Shown piece by piece: positions 1 to 11,278 of a DNA stretch of 64,000 nt. Made by a program: the position numbers and the translations under genes. The stretch lies in IMG/VR virus record IMGVR_UViG_3300036770_003016; one strand, 5' to 3'. The stretch is from a virus. A model generated the notes under the pieces. That model searched no databases, was not told the DNA's origin, and saw only the letters and a program-made list of their open reading frames with translations. Every line of letters begins with the position of its first letter. The stretch's first letter is position 1.

Positions 1-266
1 TTTGTCTTTACTACATTTAATGTTGAATTTGCTTTGTCATATGTGAAATTAGAATTTGCACCAAGAACGCCAGAATCATTAAATTGTATTTCAGTATCTA
101 ATCCAGAAGGGCCTGGATAGTTTTCAATTGAACTGATTGTGTTTAGATGGTTTCTATAAAATATCTTACCATCGTATGAATTTATTGCTAATTCACCAAA
201 TTCTAATTGACTTGGTGTATTTCCGCTGGCTGTAGAATACTTTAGTTGGATTACTGTATTTGACAT
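1..266 (-). CDS. Tail fibre-like virion protein (partial, runs off window start)
   Basis: Manual translation from ATG at 266: MSNTVIQLKYSTASGNTPSQLEFGELAINSYDGKIFY..., an N-terminal motif typical of T4-like fibre proteins; paralogous start to 799..2214. Confidence 0.6.
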   Translation of the reverse strand, partial: MSNTVIQLKYSTASGNTPSQLEFGELAINSYDGKIFYRNHLNTISSIENYPGPSGLDTEIQFNDSGVLGANSNFTYDKANSTLNVVKT

Positions 267-778
267 TAAAATGAACTACCATCTAAAACCTTCTGTAGAT
301 TATTTTCAATAACTTTAATTTCATTCTCTGCTGCAACTTTTTCTGGGTTAATTTTTTTCAATTTAGTAATTGAGATATTCTCTTCTAGTTTTGTGATGTA
401 TGCTTTTAAATTATTTAATTCTTCTTTTAATTCTTCTAACTCTTTATTTTTTTCTATCTTTATTGAATCTATTTCTTTCTGTAAAGAAGAGTTTTTCTTC
501 ATAGAATCATTTAATGCTGCTTGTATTCTATTTTTTTCTTCATGTGCAGAACTATTTTGTTCAGCCTTTACTTTGTAAGTTTGTAACTGATTAACTTCAT
601 TTTTAGTAGAATTGTAAAGAGAATTTATTTCTTCAAATTTTTTTTGAAGTTCTTCCTTCTCTTTACCTGTTTTATCTACCAACTTTAGTTGCGTTTGAAA
701 TACAAAATTTTGTTTAATAACTGAAATCAAGTTGTCAAGTAAAATTTCTTGATAAGCATTACTAAATTCAACACTCAT
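266..778 (-). CDS. Coiled-coil hypothetical protein
   Basis: 170-aa K/E/Q-rich heptad ORF with an AGGAG RBS; ends DGSSF like neighbouring genes. Confidence 0.6.
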   Translation of the reverse strand: MSVEFSNAYQEILLDNLISVIKQNFVFQTQLKLVDKTGKEKEELQKKFEEINSLYNSTKNEVNQLQTYKVKAEQNSSAHEEKNRIQAALNDSMKKNSSLQKEIDSIKIEKNKELEELKEELNNLKAYITKLEENISITKLKKINPEKVAAENEIKVIENNLQKVLDGSSF

Positions 779-798
779 AAACTCTCCTATTAAATAAT

Positions 799-2214
799 TT
801 AAAATGTACCGCCAGATATCATTTCAAATGTTGGAACACCTGAAGAATTGATTGTTAATACATGACCTTCTGTAGAAGAAGAAACTGTAGTTATTGCACT
901 AGTTCCTTGGCCTAAAAGGACTCCATTTGTTGTAAATGTGTTTGCACCAGTACCACCTCTTGGAACCCCAAGTATACCAGTTGTTACTTGAGATGTGTCG
1001 ATATCAATTAATGTGTTTACTACATTTGATACTCTACCATATTCGTCTACAGTAATTACTGGAACATGTGACGCATTAGCATATGTTCCTGTTGATGTTG
1101 TATTTGCAAGTTCTAATAAACCACCAGTTCCATTACCAATTATAATTGAACCTGTTGTGAATGTATTTTGGCCTGTACCACCATCTGAAACTACAATGAC
1201 TTCAGTTAGTCCCGATACTTTACCACCAGTAATATTTGCTACAAGATTTGCAGTAACAAATGTTGGGTCAGCAATATTAATCGTATTAAAATCATGTATA
1301 AAATGATCTGTATAATTTTCAAACAGATACCATTTTCCATCTGCTGCATGACGAACAAGACCTGTATGATTATTTCCACCAACACCATAATGTGCTGTCA
1401 TACCAATATCAAGTAAATCTCCTTGATCATTGTTTGCAGCTAATAACATTATAGAGTCGTTTACTCTTATTGTTTCCGTATCGAGAGTAATTGTATTGCC
1501 AGAAACAATTAAGTTACCAGTAATTCCTAAATCACCAGTAATACTTTGATTACCAGTTGTTCGAATAACTGTATTATCAACATCAACAACGATTGTGTTT
1601 GTTGTATCATTTGCAGTTGTTGTGATACCATCACCACCTTCAAGTGTGAAGGTGTCAGTAAGTAAATCTAAAGAACCTGTTGTGGGACCATCTGCTGAAA
1701 ATGCAAGTGTTGTTGCAACATTGACTGTGTTTGCATCAGTAAGTCTACCGTCTTCATCGACAGTAAAGACAGGTATCTGTGTTGTTGAACCATATGATCC
1801 TGCATTTACTCCAGTATTGACAAGTTCTACTGTGAGTGTTACATTAGCAGCTCCATCGATTGAAACATTACCAGTTACATCTCCATCTAATCCCAAATCA
1901 AATGGTTCTTTTAATTGTGTAGCAGAATTTGAATTACCATCAATTTCTGCAATAATAAGATTACCAGTAATAACATTGAACGATGCTGAACCTTGAGCAT
2001 CACGAAGAACTAATGTTCCTGGTGTAGAAGCATCAGTTGCATCATCGATTGTTTTGGTATAAAAATAACCACCAATATTTAGAGTTCCATTGCCAGCAGG
2101 ATTTCCAATAAACAGAGTGTTACTACTATATGAATATGCCGGTTCAGCTGTATTAAGAGAAACAGGAATATCCGTTACTGTCGAGTATTTTAGTTGTATG
2201 AGTGTATTAGCCAT
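799..2214 (-). CDS. Tail fibre / virion structural protein
   Basis: T/G/N-rich; repeated YG/YAN...PVxTVDExGR and GGTG fibre motifs; C-terminal GGTF. Confidence 0.7.
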   Translation of the reverse strand: MANTLIQLKYSTVTDIPVSLNTAEPAYSYSSNTLFIGNPAGNGTLNIGGYFYTKTIDDATDASTPGTLVLRDAQGSASFNVITGNLIIAEIDGNSNSATQLKEPFDLGLDGDVTGNVSIDGAANVTLTVELVNTGVNAGSYGSTTQIPVFTVDEDGRLTDANTVNVATTLAFSADGPTTGSLDLLTDTFTLEGGDGITTTANDTTNTIVVDVDNTVIRTTGNQSITGDLGITGNLIVSGNTITLDTETIRVNDSIMLLAANNDQGDLLDIGMTAHYGVGGNNHTGLVRHAADGKWYLFENYTDHFIHDFNTINIADPTFVTANLVANITGGKVSGLTEVIVVSDGGTGQNTFTTGSIIIGNGTGGLLELANTTSTGTYANASHVPVITVDEYGRVSNVVNTLIDIDTSQVTTGILGVPRGGTGANTFTTNGVLLGQGTSAITTVSSSTEGHVLTINSSGVPTFEMISGGTF

Positions 2215-2217
2215 TTT

Positions 2218-2418
2218 TTAAAACGAGCCTCCGGCAATGAATGGTATTGTTTTTACTGTATAAGAATTCGTATTCGCATCATAAACTAAAATCTCACCAT
2301 TATCTGGATTTGTAGCATCAACATTTGTTATTTGTCCTAGAGAAATACTAGGTTTAGGACCAATATTAACAGATGAAACAGAAGACTTATTAGGTTTAAT
2401 TGTTACTTTTATTGACAT
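2218..2418 (-). CDS. Small virion-associated protein
   Basis: LGQITNVD...GEILVYD repeat motif and GGSF end; structural operon context. Confidence 0.5.
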   Translation of the reverse strand: MSIKVTIKPNKSSVSSVNIGPKPSISLGQITNVDATNPDNGEILVYDANTNSYTVKTIPFIAGGSF

Positions 2419-2428
2419 ATTTATGTTT

Positions 2429-2764
2429 TTATCTAGTTACATTAGGCAATATTGTAGCTATACCTTCAAATATTCTTGTCACTGTTCCAGTACTAACTTC
2501 TTCAATTTCTACATCATAAACATATCTACCTGCTCGTATACTAGACGTAACATCTGCACCTAGTTTTAACTCTATGGAACCATTTGGAGCATCTATCATA
2601 GTAATTGTGAAATTTACTGCATTTGTAGAATAATAAGATTTTCTTAATTGTGATCTAACAGTATAACCATTTAAATTTTTTGGTAAACCAGAGGCATCAC
2701 TCACATCAACTTGTGTGACAAATGTAGAACCTGCTTCTATTTGTAGTTCAACAAAATCTGCCAA
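2429..2764 (-). CDS. Conserved T4-like virion structural protein (Ig/BppU-like)
   Basis: QLRKSYYS...GRYVYDVEI...RIFEG...PNVTR motif common in cyanophage-like T4 relatives. Confidence 0.6.
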   Translation of the reverse strand: MADFVELQIEAGSTFVTQVDVSDASGLPKNLNGYTVRSQLRKSYYSTNAVNFTITMIDAPNGSIELKLGADVTSSIRAGRYVYDVEIEEVSTGTVTRIFEGIATILPNVTR

Positions 2765-2797
2765 AATACTCTCCTCTAATTCTATTTATGCTATTAA

Positions 2798-3163
2798 TTA
2801 TGGCGTACCTAAAGCAGTAATGTTGTTGGAAGTAATGAATCTTCCATATTGATCTAATGATGCTATTTTTGTTGTTCCATAATAAAAAGATAATTTGCCA
2901 TCAGCTTCTTTGATTGAAAATGTAGTTGGACTTGTAACTAATTCTTTAGCAGTATTGGCAGTATTGGCAGAATCGGCGTCTCCTCCTCCACCACCTATTG
3001 GTCCCCATTCGATTCCATCGTACCCCTCAAAGGTATCTTCATCTGTATTAAAACGAAGCATACCAACAACCGGCGGAAAAGGTCTGTTTTGTGTGGTATT
3101 GGCAGATACTCTTACGACTTCACTATCGTAAACTACATCACTGCCGTTAATTCTAAATGCCAT
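2798..3163 (-). CDS. Virion structural protein
   Basis: GMLRFNTDEDTFEGYDGIEW fibre-associated motif. Confidence 0.55.
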   Translation of the reverse strand: MAFRINGSDVVYDSEVVRVSANTTQNRPFPPVVGMLRFNTDEDTFEGYDGIEWGPIGGGGGDADSANTANTAKELVTSPTTFSIKEADGKLSFYYGTTKIASLDQYGRFITSNNITALGTP

Positions 3164-3187
3164 TAATGCTCTCCTTTATCCGTATTA

Positions 3188-3436
3188 TTACCAAGAATCA
3201 GTAGAAGAAATTCTACTCCAAATATTAGAAACTCCAGTATAATCTTCTGAACAATAATATAGATAATTATTTGCCAAATAAACTGAACCTTTAATATCTC
3301 CAGTTGTACCAACAGGACTAGTAGGAGCAGTATCTACATAAAAAATAGTATTGTTCGCAAGGTCTACTAATGATTGTGTGGTTGTCAACCAATCTAAAAA
3401 AGTATTTGATGTATTTATCTGATTAACTATTGGCAT
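3188..3436 (-). CDS. Small virion protein
   Basis: NTFLDW..T N-terminus and YLYYC...W motif; structural context. Confidence 0.45.
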   Translation of the reverse strand: MPIVNQINTSNTFLDWLTTTQSLVDLANNTIFYVDTAPTSPVGTTGDIKGSVYLANNYLYYCSEDYTGVSNIWSRISSTDSW

Positions 3437-3665
3437 TATTTTTTACCTCTGCGATATCTAATAACAAAGATTTGATTATCTGCATATCTTTTTCCATCTG
3501 TTCCATTCTTAATTTCATTTCTTCTTTTTCTTCGTTTTGTTTTCTACTTAATTCTTTCTTCATAAGATATTCATTTAACCCATTTTTATCTGTACTCAAA
3601 ACAGCCTTAGAATGAATATCTCTGACTAAACCTCTGTTATCCTTTATCTTCACTAAAGTTGACAT
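3423..3665 (-). CDS. Conserved hypothetical protein
   Basis: LVRDxxSKAV motif plus coiled coil; commonly follows the VrlC-like gene in T4-like phages. Confidence 0.55.
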   Translation of the reverse strand: MSTLVKIKDNRGLVRDIHSKAVLSTDKNGLNEYLMKKELSRKQNEEKEEMKLRMEQMEKDMQIIKSLLLDIAEVKNNANS

Positions 3666-3667
3666 GA

Positions 3668-6600
3668 TTAACCTCCAGGTAATGCGATTGCACGAAGTTC
3701 TTTAATTCTTGGCACATTTACAGAATCATTACTTGCCATAACAATCTTAATTGCAAAAGTTTTAAATGTATTGTATGTAATGTTGTTTGAAGTGTATGTT
3801 ATTGAATTACTTGCAACACCATTTGTACCTGGAGCATAAATCATTTCTCTAAAATCATTCTTATTAGTTGATACAAAGTTTGTACTTGTAATTGGGGTCA
3901 TTAATTGCCATTCTACATCTTCAAAAATACTTGGGTCAGATGCAGACAACATTTTAGCATAAACATATACTTCAGACTGTGCCGGTTTATACACATTGAG
4001 ATAAACACGCAAGTCACTGGAATCAAATCCATCGTTTAGTGTGACTCTTCTAGTTATGTATCTTGCTTTTGCTGGCCCACCTCGTTTACTTGTTTCACCT
4101 AAAATTATTGCTTGAGCACCAGAACCACTGGCCAAAGATATGTTTATCGTTGGTGTTGTAGTGTAACCAGAACCAGCATCAACAATATTAATTGCATCTA
4201 TTGAACCATTAACAACATTTGCTTCAGCGGTTGCACCACTACCATTTCCACCACTAATTGTTATAGTAACATCTTCAGGACCAACTATGCCAGTACCACC
4301 ATTTAATATGACGATGTTATTATTTGACAGCCCTAAATCATTAATTTGATTGTGTACTGCCAAGAAACCCATTCTAGAAATATCAATAAAAGGAGAAATG
4401 TCTGGGTTTGATGATTGTAATTGAGCACTTAATATAAATGATGCATCACCTTTTTCTACAGATAATTGTCTAGTTCCACCACCATCATTCATATCATAAT
4501 CACTGAATGGATTGATTGCTTTGTAGCCAACATAATCACCAGTTAATGTTTCGGAGTTAAACTCATACTTTAATGCTGTATTACCCATTGTGACATCTGC
4601 GGTAATCAAATGCGTGAGATCGTAAGGAACGGCTGATGTTTCTGGAAAATCTACTAAGAATTGTGCGTTTACTGGACTTGTAGAGAAAGTATATCTAAAC
4701 AGTCTAAACATCATATCAGAGTTTTGATCTGCTGTCCATGTTGAACCATTCTGAGATAAGAATAGTGAACCACCATATGGTTGTTCAGATATTAAACGAT
4801 TTGTTGTTAAATCTGTTTTACCAATCTCAGCACTATAAATTTCATACTTGTTAGAATTTGCCAAAAGAACAAAGCAGTGTTCACCAGGTTGCATGTATAG
4901 TGGTGAATTGAAAATAAAATCTGTGTATTTTGTTGGATCATCTAAACTTGGTGTGTCAGTAACTTTAACTTTATCTGGAGTCAATGTTACTGTTCCAAAT
5001 GGATATATAACAGAGCTTGATGGATATCCATTTACAGCAGGTCTTATTTGTAATGTTACTGGGATACTATCATCTTTTGATTTAAAGCAAACACGAATTT
5101 TATTCAAGAAAATTCCCTGTGGAAATTGAACTGGACTCACTAAGAAAGTTTGTGCTAATGGGTCTGTCCATACAACTGCACGACTAGTAGTTGTTGTTAC
5201 TGGCACAACTCTATCATCTTGTACATTAGTTCTTTGAATTTGTGGTACTCTAGTAGAAACAATCGTTTCTTCTACAGTATTTAATTGACCTTGAGCAAAA
5301 AATGATGCATCTCCACTTGTAGAAGATGATGACAAATCACCACTTGGACTATCCATTAATCTGAACAGTTTCTCACCAGTTCTAAATTTACCTTCTGGAA
5401 TTGTAAATATTCCGGCAACAGAACCATAAGCGTCAACTTTCATATCACCAATAGAATAAATTGATGGATTATTAGGATCAGAGTTATATGGTAAAGTTGT
5501 CCAATTTGAATTTACTGTTGCAACTCTAGTGGTTGAGTTATAATTTGTTATTGTTCGTACTTGTCCTACTCCAGTTCCTTGTACAATTCGTATTTCTTTA
5601 CCAACAAATGTACTAGAATTAATAGCTCCAGCAGCATCTTGTCTAAGTGTAATAGAATTAGATGTAGCACCTTGAGATGCAGCTCCGTTATGTTCGTAAC
5701 CAGTAACTTGATAAATTTTACCAGTGCTTTGACCTTCAATTGTGAATGATGTGCTAGAGTTGGTAAATGATTGTGTTGGAACAACATTAGTTACATAAAT
5801 TATATTATTAGATGCATGTACAACAAAAGCAGTACCAACTACTGTAGAGCCATCTTTAATTGTTATTGTTTCTGGGTCATCTAAGTTTACTCTCAATTCA
5901 ACATTATTGGTATTCAAGAAAAATTTATTAGTACGATTACCAACATTTTCTCTAACTGAAATATTATCAAAGAATGGATAAACTGTAGAATTTGGTTTAA
6001 AATCTGTTCCAATGAAAAGAATATTTTTACTTCTCATGTAAGGTATGATCGTAGAATCTACAATTCTATTACCTAAAGATTGAGTTATTGTCTCTGGGAT
6101 AATTTGATTTGCTGTACCAAATCTGCGTTGGCTCTGATCTACTGTTTGAGTAGTATGACGAACAATATCGTTTGCTCCACCAACACCAGCATTTAGATTT
6201 TGCCAATCTGCTGATCTATTATTTTGTACATCAAAACTACCATTTCTTGCTTCACCAGTACCAATAACTTGCCAACTACCCCAATCTGCTTCTGAAGCAA
6301 GAAGTTCGTTTGCAGATGCAGCAAGTAATTCCCAAGCATCTCTGTCACCAGTCAAATTGACTAATACATCTGCTTTTTGATTTATATCATACCAAATGTC
6401 ACTAGAAGGATTTAAAGTAATTTTACCTAAGAAATTAGTAATGTTGAATGGATTGACATTAATGAATCTAGAAGCTTTAGGTTGGTCTATTAATATTACA
6501 CTTGAAGCTTGAGATGTAACTAAAGCACCATTTTGTAAATAACCAGTAGAATTAGCAGTATCAAATTTTAAAGAGTAATTATAAATTTTGAAAGATGGTC

Positions 6601-9600
6601 TTAATTCTTTATTTCTACCATCAATAGATGCTTTATAATCTATATCTGTAACATCAGCAACAGAAGAGCCAGTAAATGGGTCAACTAATATACCATTTTT
6701 AAATCTAGGAATATTTTCAGAATCAATAATTGTTAAGTCTTGTTTTGTTACAGTTTCTTGTTCTAATAATGACAATGAAGTATAATACTCTAAATTCTCT
6801 ATTCGTTTTTCTAGAGAACCAATATCACGCATAGTATATCGTTTATTATTTACATATTGAACTTGTACTTGTGATGGATTAGAAACATAAGGTTGATATC
6901 TCAAAATATACAAAGTCATTGATGTATCAGTATCATTTGGTACAGCTGGAGAAAGAGATGAAACACCTTGTATCACTTCAAATTTTTTGTTTTTATCTAA
7001 AACAACTCTGTCTATTCTTGGTAAAAAGTATGAATAGTCTACTATGAAATCATCGTTTGTGAATGGAATTTTTGGACCAGTAGAACTTGGTTCAACATCA
7101 AAAAACACATTATTACCAGAACCAGTAATTGCATCAAAACGAACAGGTCTAAAGTCTAAACAGTCTCTTAATAGAAATGCATTATTTGTTCTTGGAGATA
7201 CATAAGAAGGTATTCTACCATAATCAATTTCATTGTAAGAGTCTACAGTAAAGAAACCAGAACCAGAAGATTTAAATCTATTATAGAAAACAACTATTGG
7301 CCCAACTGGTGGTCGTGCTGAAGGTTTTAAACGAATAGAAGCATGATCATAATAAGAATCTCTTTGACCATTGTCTAATGTGTATTTTGTAGTTACATCA
7401 ACTGACGATGCCAAATTAGCTTGACTAATAGATTGCCCAAGAAAATCTCTAATCTCTACTATTTCTAAAACATCTGACACAAACAAAGATTGAGATTCAT
7501 TTGGATTTTTAATTAGATAATCTTGTTGAATATGTGTCTGACCTAAATCTGTAAAAACTTGAACTATAGTATTTGAAGAACCAAATACATTTACAGGACT
7601 TGTAGTGCCAATTGTATTCACATTTGTCTCAACATACTCTTTTGCTTTTCGTGTTGGATTAGATACATTTATTGTTACTGTGATATCAGCTTCCATATTA
7701 AAAGCATCTTCAACAGTAATTCTTCTTGTTGTTGGATCTACTGTAAATTTATCTGATGGAATGACTTGACCAACAGCATACGTTGAATCATTGGGTTGTT
7801 TTACCGTTATATAATAATTTTCTGATCTTCTATTTGATGTTGTCGCAGAAGGTATACTTTCACCTGCACCTAAAGATATAGCAGAAGATGTGTTTGCAGA
7901 AAAACTCTGATTCAAATACATTCTCTTATATGAATAAGACATGTCAGAGAAAGTACTTGGCGTTATATAACTTTGACCTAATGGATAAATTAATGGTTCA
8001 TTTTCAGCTTCAGAAATAAAAACATTTTCAGCAAAGTCTTTTGAAAAATTACTAATATTAGCACCGTGTTCTAATGTGGTACTAGAAAATGAAGCAAAAG
8101 AACCAATATCTTTAATTTCAAATTCAATATTCCAAACAGAAGATGATGTTGGTGTATTAATGAAAGGTTGATTTAAAGTTACCACTTTAGTAGCACCATT
8201 ATAATCAACAATGGTTTTTACTGGTTCACCACTTCCTGGACCAGTAATAATTCTGAATTTAGCGCCAACATATGCACCACTGTAATCTGAATAATTTGAA
8301 CCACTGGCTCCCAATCCAAGTTCGGTACTAGTACTAACATTATCAAGATTCACATTTCCAGAAATACGATTGTTAATTTTTACATCAAAAACAAAAGTTC
8401 TATATGTATATGTTGAAGAATCTGAGATATCAGTAGAAGAATCAAACTCTACAGATTTAACTCTTACAGTTCCAATTTTAGTGTTTGCTATGGTTGCAGT
8501 ACTTGATGTTTTAATATTTGCTAAAGGAACACAATGCACATCTACAGTATCTAAATTATAAATTGGAAATGAACCATAGTGTTCTGTTGTGTAAATAAAA
8601 TTACCATATTCAGCAGAAATTCTTCTATTTTGTGTGTTACTTGTGATTCTTGGCTTGTCAACTGTTAAAGTAGTTGGAGAATTTGTTTCAAATTCATAGC
8701 CATAAACATATGCTTTACCTGGAGACAATGTAATATCTAATTGTGCAGAATTTGCTTCATTATTGTCTAAAGATATTTGAAACTGTTTTACTGTATAGTT
8801 ACCAGACTCATCGAATGTTCTTCTGGCTAATGATTCTTCTAATACAGAATAAATTGGATATTTGTATTCTTTTGTAATGTCGGATTCTTCAATACGAACT
8901 AATTCAATAAACAACTCATCGTCTTCAGAATCAATTGATCTGGTGTTTAGTATTAAATCTACTTTTACTCTATCTGCACCTGGTGCTTGATAATTAGAAG
9001 AACCTAAAGCAGGGTCTAATAATGATGTATCAGAGCTTGAAGAAACAACACTCTCTACAACATCAAATCCTACACGAAGAGAAACATTAGCAGAAGTATA
9101 CTTTGATAATGCTATAGTTTGTGGTAATGTTTTAACAAACAAACCCTCATAATAAAAAACACCTTCATTAACAGAAAATATTTTAGCTTCGTTTATACCA
9201 CCAGTAGCAAATATTTGTGCAAAGTATGGACTAGCATCTGTTGTTTTTACAACTTCTTCATTAGTAAATGGTTCACCATAAATTTGTTTTATAATAAAAG
9301 TTTTTGGATCACCAGTACCCTGATCTGCTTCATATACTCTAATAACTTCTGCTCTTTTTGTAGCGTCTAAAGAAGTAATAGTTTTGCCAACAAAATTGTC
9401 AACAATAACTGTGGCACCAGAATACTCAGAATTAATTTTTAATGATGTTGCATCTTGGAAAAATGTTTGACCGCCAGTAACAAGTGAACCATTTTTGAAA
9501 ACATGATTACCAAATCTTTCAACTTGTTTTTGTAATATGGATTGTATTTGAGTTAATTCTCTTGCCTGAACAGCAAAAGATGGTTTAAACAACATACGAT

Positions 9601-9661
9601 AGAAGTTTTTATCTTCATTGTAATCGTCAAAATATGGATTTATATTATATTTGTCTAACAT
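3668..9661 (-). CDS. Large baseplate-associated structural protein (VrlC/DUF4815-like)
   Basis: 1997 aa; PYFDDY...QARELTQIQ start, RFKNGILVDPF, DPLAQTF, GSLFLSQNGSTW, PRIKELRAIAL end. Confidence 0.85.
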   Translation of the reverse strand: MLDKYNINPYFDDYNEDKNFYRMLFKPSFAVQARELTQIQSILQKQVERFGNHVFKNGSLVTGGQTFFQDATSLKINSEYSGATVIVDNFVGKTITSLDATKRAEVIRVYEADQGTGDPKTFIIKQIYGEPFTNEEVVKTTDASPYFAQIFATGGINEAKIFSVNEGVFYYEGLFVKTLPQTIALSKYTSANVSLRVGFDVVESVVSSSSDTSLLDPALGSSNYQAPGADRVKVDLILNTRSIDSEDDELFIELVRIEESDITKEYKYPIYSVLEESLARRTFDESGNYTVKQFQISLDNNEANSAQLDITLSPGKAYVYGYEFETNSPTTLTVDKPRITSNTQNRRISAEYGNFIYTTEHYGSFPIYNLDTVDVHCVPLANIKTSSTATIANTKIGTVRVKSVEFDSSTDISDSSTYTYRTFVFDVKINNRISGNVNLDNVSTSTELGLGASGSNYSDYSGAYVGAKFRIITGPGSGEPVKTIVDYNGATKVVTLNQPFINTPTSSSVWNIEFEIKDIGSFASFSSTTLEHGANISNFSKDFAENVFISEAENEPLIYPLGQSYITPSTFSDMSYSYKRMYLNQSFSANTSSAISLGAGESIPSATTSNRRSENYYITVKQPNDSTYAVGQVIPSDKFTVDPTTRRITVEDAFNMEADITVTINVSNPTRKAKEYVETNVNTIGTTSPVNVFGSSNTIVQVFTDLGQTHIQQDYLIKNPNESQSLFVSDVLEIVEIRDFLGQSISQANLASSVDVTTKYTLDNGQRDSYYDHASIRLKPSARPPVGPIVVFYNRFKSSGSGFFTVDSYNEIDYGRIPSYVSPRTNNAFLLRDCLDFRPVRFDAITGSGNNVFFDVEPSSTGPKIPFTNDDFIVDYSYFLPRIDRVVLDKNKKFEVIQGVSSLSPAVPNDTDTSMTLYILRYQPYVSNPSQVQVQYVNNKRYTMRDIGSLEKRIENLEYYTSLSLLEQETVTKQDLTIIDSENIPRFKNGILVDPFTGSSVADVTDIDYKASIDGRNKELRPSFKIYNYSLKFDTANSTGYLQNGALVTSQASSVILIDQPKASRFINVNPFNITNFLGKITLNPSSDIWYDINQKADVLVNLTGDRDAWELLAASANELLASEADWGSWQVIGTGEARNGSFDVQNNRSADWQNLNAGVGGANDIVRHTTQTVDQSQRRFGTANQIIPETITQSLGNRIVDSTIIPYMRSKNILFIGTDFKPNSTVYPFFDNISVRENVGNRTNKFFLNTNNVELRVNLDDPETITIKDGSTVVGTAFVVHASNNIIYVTNVVPTQSFTNSSTSFTIEGQSTGKIYQVTGYEHNGAASQGATSNSITLRQDAAGAINSSTFVGKEIRIVQGTGVGQVRTITNYNSTTRVATVNSNWTTLPYNSDPNNPSIYSIGDMKVDAYGSVAGIFTIPEGKFRTGEKLFRLMDSPSGDLSSSSTSGDASFFAQGQLNTVEETIVSTRVPQIQRTNVQDDRVVPVTTTTSRAVVWTDPLAQTFLVSPVQFPQGIFLNKIRVCFKSKDDSIPVTLQIRPAVNGYPSSSVIYPFGTVTLTPDKVKVTDTPSLDDPTKYTDFIFNSPLYMQPGEHCFVLLANSNKYEIYSAEIGKTDLTTNRLISEQPYGGSLFLSQNGSTWTADQNSDMMFRLFRYTFSTSPVNAQFLVDFPETSAVPYDLTHLITADVTMGNTALKYEFNSETLTGDYVGYKAINPFSDYDMNDGGGTRQLSVEKGDASFILSAQLQSSNPDISPFIDISRMGFLAVHNQINDLGLSNNNIVILNGGTGIVGPEDVTITISGGNGSGATAEANVVNGSIDAINIVDAGSGYTTTPTINISLASGSGAQAIILGETSKRGGPAKARYITRRVTLNDGFDSSDLRVYLNVYKPAQSEVYVYAKMLSASDPSIFEDVEWQLMTPITSTNFVSTNKNDFREMIYAPGTNGVASNSITYTSNNITYNTFKTFAIKIVMASNDSVNVPRIKELRAIALPGG

Positions 9662-9670
9662 TTATTAACC

Positions 9671-11278
9671 TTAAAATTGAAATACTAATTTGACTTCTTC
9701 TGCTTGTGCCTGCGATCTCTGAATCTTATTAAAATTTCTAGCATATAAAATATGTCCAGAAAAAGGTTGTAAATCAGGATTTATAACTTCTAAAATTCTA
9801 TATTGTCTACCAGATTCTAAGCCTCTCAACAATGCATTTGTGTCTGGAGTTTTATATACATTATTTAATCTAACTACATTTATTTCTTGAGAAACAACAT
9901 AACCAACAAATGTTGGATCATTTATATTTCCTTGATACACCATCTCACCAACTACAAAATTAGAAGTTCCCAACAATTCTAAATTTAAAGTCAAACTTAC
10001 TGAGTTTGGAGCTGTCAATTCTGTTACTCTATCTACTTCACCATATTTATGGGGATTTATAAGAAGACCATATTGCCTAAAAAATATATCATCTGGTATT
10101 TTACCACTTTCTGTAGAATCTATTTCTCCAACCCTACTTATGATCATAATGTTTGTTGCACCAAGTTCCATAGCAGGGTTATGACCATGACCATATTTTG
10201 GTGGTAAGATTGCTCTTGCTTCAGCACCAGTACCACAACCATATATCGTAACATTAGCTCTAGTATAATTTATTCCAGCATTTATAATATCTATTTTATT
10301 AATTTCATTTTGATTATTTAAACGAACAGAAGTTATTGTATTAGTTCCATCACCGTCAACAACAACTCTTGTTGATAATGTAATTATATTTCCTACTACA
10401 TTTCCACCACCTGAACCTATTGTTGGTCTTGAAAGATACAACTTTTTGGGTTGAGAAGAACTAATAGTAGTTATATGTGTATCATTTGCAAAAATTCCAT
10501 TTCCAGAAACCGCCATATTAACTGCTATGAACGGGCTAGTAGAAACATCTATATCATCTGTAATATCTAACTCTTTAACTCCAGCCACAAATGGTGCAAC
10601 ATTTACTGTTGGATGATAATAATCTAACCCACCGTTTTCTACAACTATTTTGTTTAAAGTTCCGTCTAGTAAATTTTGAGTGTTGTAATTATAATCTGTG
10701 TAGTTTGTACTTGGTTGAATATATGGAACTGGCATCCAATCTGGAGTCAAAAATTTATTTGAAAATTTTATGTTATACATGTACTTCCAAAGATAACCAT
10801 TTTCGTCACTAAATTCTGTTTGTATGAAACCAGAATTTTCTACATAGTTGCCAGTAGGTTCTACTTGAGATAAAGTAGAAACATTATTACAAAGACACTT
10901 GTAGACATTACCTTCAGATGTCATAGCATACATTGGATAAACAGTTTCACCGTCAATGATAGAGATACTTGTTAAATCTTCCAATGGAAGAGTGTCATCA
11001 TATTGTTTATATCTAGTATTTGGTTGCCAAAGAACTCTTGGTATTACAAATTCTATATCTTTTGGAGATACTCTTTTGGCCCCAACCATATTTTGCCAGT
11101 TGTTTCTTTCATCTGGTGGTAAATCTACCATATCAACAGGTGTATCATTGTTTGTAAATTCTGTAGTCTTTCCAATGTACATATAACCAATAGATTTTAA
11201 AGCAGACTCTTTGAAAGAGTCTCTAAATGCTTTAGCTGTTAATACTTTTGTTTTATATGAAGTGTAACTTGTTGTCAT
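9671..11278 (-). CDS. gp8: Baseplate wedge subunit gp8
   Basis: VYKCLCNN, GYLWKYMY, GHGHNPAMELG, FRQYGLLINP, EEVKLVFQF motifs. Confidence 0.85.
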   Translation of the reverse strand: MTTSYTSYKTKVLTAKAFRDSFKESALKSIGYMYIGKTTEFTNNDTPVDMVDLPPDERNNWQNMVGAKRVSPKDIEFVIPRVLWQPNTRYKQYDDTLPLEDLTSISIIDGETVYPMYAMTSEGNVYKCLCNNVSTLSQVEPTGNYVENSGFIQTEFSDENGYLWKYMYNIKFSNKFLTPDWMPVPYIQPSTNYTDYNYNTQNLLDGTLNKIVVENGGLDYYHPTVNVAPFVAGVKELDITDDIDVSTSPFIAVNMAVSGNGIFANDTHITTISSSQPKKLYLSRPTIGSGGGNVVGNIITLSTRVVVDGDGTNTITSVRLNNQNEINKIDIINAGINYTRANVTIYGCGTGAEARAILPPKYGHGHNPAMELGATNIMIISRVGEIDSTESGKIPDDIFFRQYGLLINPHKYGEVDRVTELTAPNSVSLTLNLELLGTSNFVVGEMVYQGNINDPTFVGYVVSQEINVVRLNNVYKTPDTNALLRGLESGRQYRILEVINPDLQPFSGHILYARNFNKIQRSQAQAEEVKLVFQF